64,000 nucleotides of DNA from Gammaproteobacteria bacterium (GTDB taxonomy: Bacteria; Pseudomonadota; Gammaproteobacteria; Thiohalospirales; Thiohalospiraceae): positions 3,548 through 67,547 of the forward strand of contig WFXP01000107.1 of assembly GCA_015490535.1 (NCBI GenBank), given 5' to 3'. Below, one piece after another: positions 59,923-64,000 of this stretch. Below the pieces are notes generated by a model, which saw only the letters and a list, made by a program, of their open reading frames with translations, was not told where the DNA came from and did no database searches. Position numbers and translations under genes: made by a program. Position 1 is the stretch's first letter; each line of letters opens with the position of its first letter.

Positions 59923-60591
59923 ATGATAACCAACCAGTCCGTTGCCACAACCCGTAGCGAAGGGGTTCTGGCGTCCAACAAACTGATACGCAACACCTAT
60001 ATACTGCTCTCCATGACGCTGCTGTTCAGCGCCCTGACGGCCGGCATATCGGTGGTGATGAAGCTGCCCTCCATGGGGCTGCTGATCACCCTGGCCGGCT
60101 ACTTCGGGCTGCTGTTCCTGACCACCAGATTCAGCAACAGCGCACTGGGGCTGCTGTTCGTATTCGCCCTGACAGGATTCATGGGGTTGACCCTTGGCCC
60201 GCTTGTCAACGCCTATCTGGGCCTCCCCAACGGCGGTCAGCTCGTCGCAATGGCCATGGGTGGCACCGCCGTCATTTTCCTGGGGCTGTCCGCCTACGCC
60301 ATCACCACACGCAAGGACTTCAGCTTCATGGGTGGATTCCTGATGGTGGGGATCCTGGTGGCCTTCCTGGCCGGAATAGCGGCCTACTTCTTCTCCCTGC
60401 CGGGCCTCTCCCTGGCGGTGTCGGCGATGTTCGTCCTGCTCATGTCGGGCCTGATCCTCTACCAGACCGGCGAAATCGTAAATGGGGGGGAAACCAACTA
60501 CATACTGGCCACCATCACGCTGTTCGTATCCATCTACAACCTGTTCACCAGCCTGCTTCACCTGCTGGGGGCATTTGGCGGAGACGAATAG
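59923..60591 (+). CDS. Bax inhibitor-1/YccA family membrane protein
   Basis: 222 aa, seven TM helices. NKLIRNTYILLSMTLLFSA start and C-terminal LFTSLLHLLG are typical of BI-1/YccA. Confidence 0.9.
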   Translation: MITNQSVATTRSEGVLASNKLIRNTYILLSMTLLFSALTAGISVVMKLPSMGLLITLAGYFGLLFLTTRFSNSALGLLFVFALTGFMGLTLGPLVNAYLGLPNGGQLVAMAMGGTAVIFLGLSAYAITTRKDFSFMGGFLMVGILVAFLAGIAAYFFSLPGLSLAVSAMFVLLMSGLILYQTGEIVNGGETNYILATITLFVSIYNLFTSLLHLLGAFGGDE

Positions 60592-60626
60592 CCGCCGATC
60601 CACCCCTCATTTGGCGCAACCCTCCA

Positions 60627-60652
60627 AAACCCCGCCCTAGGCGGGGTTTTTT
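60627..60652 (+). terminator. rho-independent terminator after the yccA-like gene
   Basis: AAAACCCCGCC-ctag-GGCGGGGTTTTTT. Confidence 0.75.
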
Positions 60653-60740
60653 GGGGGATACAATCCCGAGCGACAAACTGCAAATTATCGGTAACCATTG
60701 CCCTGGCATGGGCATATAACCCGCTGTACCGCTGATATTA

Positions 60741-63122
60741 TTGCTATACTTCGCGCCTGTTCCGGTGAATCGCCGCCGGGAAACGGAACCAGGTCAGAAG
60801 AAGGTGGCAACCCTTTGTACACTGAACCCACGCGCGCTTCCCCTGCTGCTGGTGGCACTGCTGCTCATTCCGGAGGCCGCCAGGGCCGCGCGACTCACCA
60901 TGTTTGTGGTTGACAAGACTAACGACCGGCCCGTGGAGGATGCCACGGTGGTTATCCAGGGTGGCGCATGGCACGGCACCACCGACGAACGGGGAAGAGT
61001 CCACTTCGCCAACCTGACCTTTCCGGTGCAGGTCAGGATTCTGGCCCTCGGATACGCCCCGGTACTGTTCCCGCTGCATCCCAAGAGGGAGCAGGTAAAG
61101 ATCCTGCTGACCCCGCTGGCGGTGGAGGGTGAGGCGCTGGAGGTGGTAGCCGACCGGATCCCCCAGAGAAGCTCCAAGATCACCCTGTCACACCGGGAGG
61201 TATCCGCCTCTCCCGGGGCCCAGGGAGATGCTCTCAGGGTAGTCCAGGCCCTCCCCGGGGTGGTCACCGCCTATGGCGGCAGCGGGATGTTCTATATCCG
61301 CGGCAGCAGCCTGGAGGATAACGGCTTCTGGATCAACTCCCTTCCTGTGGGATATCTCTACCACTGGGGCGGGCTGCGCTCCGCCCTCAATCCGGCCCTG
61401 ATAGAGGATTTCAATCTGTTTCTGGGAGGATTTCAGGTGGAGTATCCGGATCGTCTGGGCGGCATGCTGGATATACGCCTGCGAACGCCGCGCAACGATC
61501 GGCTACACCAGCAGTACAACATCGGCACCTTTGAATCCTCCTTCCTCATCGAGGGGCCGGTCGGCGCCGCCGGGGGCAGCGACAGCTTTTACATCGCGGC
61601 GCGACGCAGCTACATCGACCTGCTTCTGTCACCGGACAGCTTCAACTCCGCCCTGGGCAACAGGGACGCCAACGATGACCAGGTGACAGCGGTGCCGCGC
61701 TTTTACGACGCCCAGGCTCTCTGGCATCGCGATCTGGGGGAGGGAACGGTGGAGCTGCAGTATTTCGCCGCGGGCGACAATCTGCAAATGAGAAACAGCA
61801 CCACCCGAAGATCCGATCCCGACCTCGTTGGCGAGCTGCGTCAGGACACCTCCTACCAGACCGCGGGAGTGACCTGGAGACAGCGGTGGGGCGAGGCCCT
61901 GACCAGCCATACGGCGCTCTCCTGGAGCGAGCAGCGTGACGATATATCCCTGGGGACCAACCCGGACACCGGTCGGCCCTATTTCGCCGACAGCCGCGTA
62001 TACACCACGCGCCTGCAGCCGGAGCTCACATGGCAGACCGGTTCCCGCGAGACCATCAGTGGCGGCATGGAGCTGATCTATACGGAGGCACCCATAGATC
62101 TGTATATCGCCGTCCCGCCAGGCGAGGAAGAGCCCTACTACGATTTCACCAGCGCCCGCAAACACCGGCAGAGATCCACCCTGTACGCCACCGGGAAGGC
62201 GCTGTTTGTCAAGCACTCCCGCAGCTGGGGCAGCCGCCTGAGCACCACCCTGGGGCTGCGTTACAGTAGCATAAGCGGATCTTCCGGGATCGACATGGAG
62301 GGGCTGGCCCCGCGTCTCACCGCCGAGTACCATCTGGACAGGGGTACCCTGCTCACCGCCGCGTGGGGAAAGTATCTCCAGATGCCGGGTGGTGAAAAGC
62401 TGATCGATGGCTTCAGCACCCCGGGGTTGGAATTCACCAACGCGGAGCATCGCGTGGTGGGGATTCAGCACCAGCTCTCGCCACTCTGGACACTGCACCT
62501 GGAAGCATACCACAAACCGATGGAGCGACTGGTGGTACGGATCCCGGGAGCCGCTCCCGGACAGAACTATGCCAACGCCGCCAGCGGCGAATCGCGGGGG
62601 GTGGATCTGCTGCTCAAGCGCCAGCAGGGGGATCGTCGCATGGGGTGGCTTAGCTACTCCTGGGGACGCTCCATACGCCGCAACCATCTCACTGGAGAGG
62701 AGTACCCCTCCTCCGGCGATCAGAGCCATACCCTGACCCTGGTCTGGAAACAGCCCATGCCCGGCCCGGCCCGGGCCTGGGACTGGGGCTTCAGGCTGCA
62801 GGCCGCCACCGGGAAACCCTTCACACCGGTGATCGGTCGCGTCCTGGAGCCCCTGCCGGACGGCCGGCAGCGCTGGAGACCCATCCTCGGGGAGACCAAC
62901 AGCGCCCGCCTGCCACACTATTTCAGCCTGGATCTGCGTATAGATCGCAGTATAGCGATGGGCGGCTGGGAGCTGGGTCTATACATCGAACTGCAAAACG
63001 TCACCCGGAACGAGAACGTCATCCGCTACGACTACGGAAACAGCTACCAAAACCATGACAATCCGAGGAAAATCACCGGTCTGCCGTTCCTGCCGGCATT
63101 CGGGATCACGGCAACCTTCTAG
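60741..63122 (+). CDS. TonB-dependent receptor with N-terminal carboxypeptidase-regulatory-like domain
   Basis: Signal peptide (LPLLLVALLLIPEAARA), CarboxypepD_reg-like segment, plug (ALRVVQALPGVV), beta-barrel ending in terminal Phe (GITATF). Start uncertain (TTG 60741, GTG 60765 or 60804). Confidence 0.85.
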   Translation: MLYFAPVPVNRRRETEPGQKKVATLCTLNPRALPLLLVALLLIPEAARAARLTMFVVDKTNDRPVEDATVVIQGGAWHGTTDERGRVHFANLTFPVQVRILALGYAPVLFPLHPKREQVKILLTPLAVEGEALEVVADRIPQRSSKITLSHREVSASPGAQGDALRVVQALPGVVTAYGGSGMFYIRGSSLEDNGFWINSLPVGYLYHWGGLRSALNPALIEDFNLFLGGFQVEYPDRLGGMLDIRLRTPRNDRLHQQYNIGTFESSFLIEGPVGAAGGSDSFYIAARRSYIDLLLSPDSFNSALGNRDANDDQVTAVPRFYDAQALWHRDLGEGTVELQYFAAGDNLQMRNSTTRRSDPDLVGELRQDTSYQTAGVTWRQRWGEALTSHTALSWSEQRDDISLGTNPDTGRPYFADSRVYTTRLQPELTWQTGSRETISGGMELIYTEAPIDLYIAVPPGEEEPYYDFTSARKHRQRSTLYATGKALFVKHSRSWGSRLSTTLGLRYSSISGSSGIDMEGLAPRLTAEYHLDRGTLLTAAWGKYLQMPGGEKLIDGFSTPGLEFTNAEHRVVGIQHQLSPLWTLHLEAYHKPMERLVVRIPGAAPGQNYANAASGESRGVDLLLKRQQGDRRMGWLSYSWGRSIRRNHLTGEEYPSSGDQSHTLTLVWKQPMPGPARAWDWGFRLQAATGKPFTPVIGRVLEPLPDGRQRWRPILGETNSARLPHYFSLDLRIDRSIAMGGWELGLYIELQNVTRNENVIRYDYGNSYQNHDNPRKITGLPFLPAFGITATF

Positions 63123-63160
63123 TACTCCGTCAGCAGATTCTGATTGGTAAAACGGAAAAC
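63120..63160. repeat. family A outer-end fragment
   Basis: TAGTACTCCGTCAGCAGATTCTGATTGGT matches the TAGTACTCCGTCA end plus the GAATCTGATTGGG linker module. Its first three bases are the receptor stop codon. Confidence 0.5.
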
Positions 63161-63206
63161 CGCGAATAGGGAGCCATGACAACGTGATCTCCAGGGAGAA
63201 CTTGAT

Positions 63207-63803
63207 ATGCTGAGCAGCTTCCTCGATCTTATGGCGCGGGGAGGTGCGGTGATGTGGGTGATCCTGATCACCGCATGGATAGCCTTCGTGATGATGGCCG
63301 AGCGCGCCCTGCAGATCGAACTCTGGATCCGCGAGGCGCTGCGCGATCAACGCGAGCTGGAACGAAGCCCGTCCTACCAGCCGCCGATACCGTCCGGCCG
63401 GCGCTCCAGCCCTATCGCCATCCTGCTCTATCGCCTCAACTGGCGGGAGATCCGGAGCCGCTCCGACCTGGCCAAGCAGCTCAACATCCAGCTGGCGGAA
63501 CTGATGCCACGCCTCGAGGGCACCCTCCCCACCATCGCCATCATAGGCTCCCTGCTGCCGATGCTGGGGCTGCTGGGAACGGTGATAGGGATGATCCAGG
63601 TGTTCGAGGTGATAGCGGAGCACGGCACCGGCGATCCGATGCAGATGGCGCACGGGATCTCCCAGGCGCTGCTAACCACTGCCAGCGGGCTGATCTGCGC
63701 CATTCCGGTAATTTTCGTCCACCATATGCTGGTGCGGCGCATGAATCTGCTCCTGGCACTCACCGAGCAGAGCATGCTGATGGTATACAACCGCCACGCC
63801 TGA
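63207..63803 (+). CDS. exbB: MotA/TolQ/ExbB proton-channel family protein
   Basis: 198 aa, three TM helices. IGSLLPMLGLLGTVIGMI motif. Follows the TonB-dependent receptor. Confidence 0.85.
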   Translation: MLSSFLDLMARGGAVMWVILITAWIAFVMMAERALQIELWIREALRDQRELERSPSYQPPIPSGRRSSPIAILLYRLNWREIRSRSDLAKQLNIQLAELMPRLEGTLPTIAIIGSLLPMLGLLGTVIGMIQVFEVIAEHGTGDPMQMAHGISQALLTTASGLICAIPVIFVHHMLVRRMNLLLALTEQSMLMVYNRHA

Positions 63804-63806
63804 CCC

Positions 63807-64000
63807 ATGATCGAGCTGCCCGAGCCATCCCCCATAAGGATCCCCCCGTTGCGCGGCGGCAAGCCGGAGATCACCATGGCTCCGCTGATTGACGTGGTGT
63901 TCCTGCTGCTCATCTTCTTTATGGTGACCACCATATTCCCCGACCATCAGGGTCTGACTATCGAGCGTCCGGTCGCCGCCGCCAGCGCGCCCCTGCAGCG
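63807..64000 (+). CDS. exbD: ExbD/TolR family protein, N-terminal part (runs off window)
   Basis: Own translation from the ATG at 63807: MIELPEPSPIRIPPLRGGKPEITMAPLIDVVFLLLIFFMVTT. Confidence 0.8.
   Translation, partial: MIELPEPSPIRIPPLRGGKPEITMAPLIDVVFLLLIFFMVTTIFPDHQGLTIERPVAAASAPLQ

Noticed and set aside
60763-60815. Cobalamin-riboswitch-like fragments (GGTGAATC, GGGAA, CAGAAGA) upstream of or at the start of the TonB-dependent receptor.
   Set aside because: The motif order is wrong (GGTG before GGGAA). There is no CCCGC..ACTGT core or proper B12 box (..GACCTGCC). The segment is too short and may already be coding.

Overview
Visibly GC-rich (GC not computed) chromosomal segment with gammaproteobacterial gene order; the taxon is inferred from synteny only. 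Most of the window is conserved housekeeping synteny. The blocks are: sensor-kinase N-terminus, DUF4390, rsmB-fmt-def; divergent LysM(TsaP-like)-dprA-smg-topA-tsaC; queC-queE; the full tol-pal cluster (ybgC-tolQRAB-pal-cpoB); rpoS-nlpD-yqaA-pcm-surE. These are followed by an MTA/MTI phosphorylase-hpt-DsrE-like operon, patatin, mscS, nagZ, an L,D-transpeptidase, CYTH, rlmD, cysM and yhcB. A roughly 17 kb Wzx/Wzy-type exopolysaccharide locus (33.5-50.9 kb) has panCD and vanZ embedded in it. After that come nrdDG, bepA, nei, mtnA, tRNA-Ser(UGA), yccA and a TonB-dependent receptor with exbBD. I found no CRISPR array, transposase, integrase or recognisable defence or toxin system, and I cannot point to a clearly novel multi-gene system. 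Four features are not explained by ordinary annotation. (1) The class III RNR gene nrdD lacks its glycyl-radical domain, which sits in a separate overlapping 57-aa ORF below the ORF-track cutoff. (2) A dense family of about 270-350 bp nested palindromic MITE-like elements (6 full copies plus fragments) carries a near-consensus sigma70 promoter in one arm. (3) A second dispersed repeat family is present. (4) A class II aldolase-Dabb fusion gene is bracketed by both repeat families, and a shared 14-bp perfect palindrome/-10 module lies upstream of cysM and of the EPS priming transferase. Many long ORFs in the track are antisense artefacts of the high GC content.
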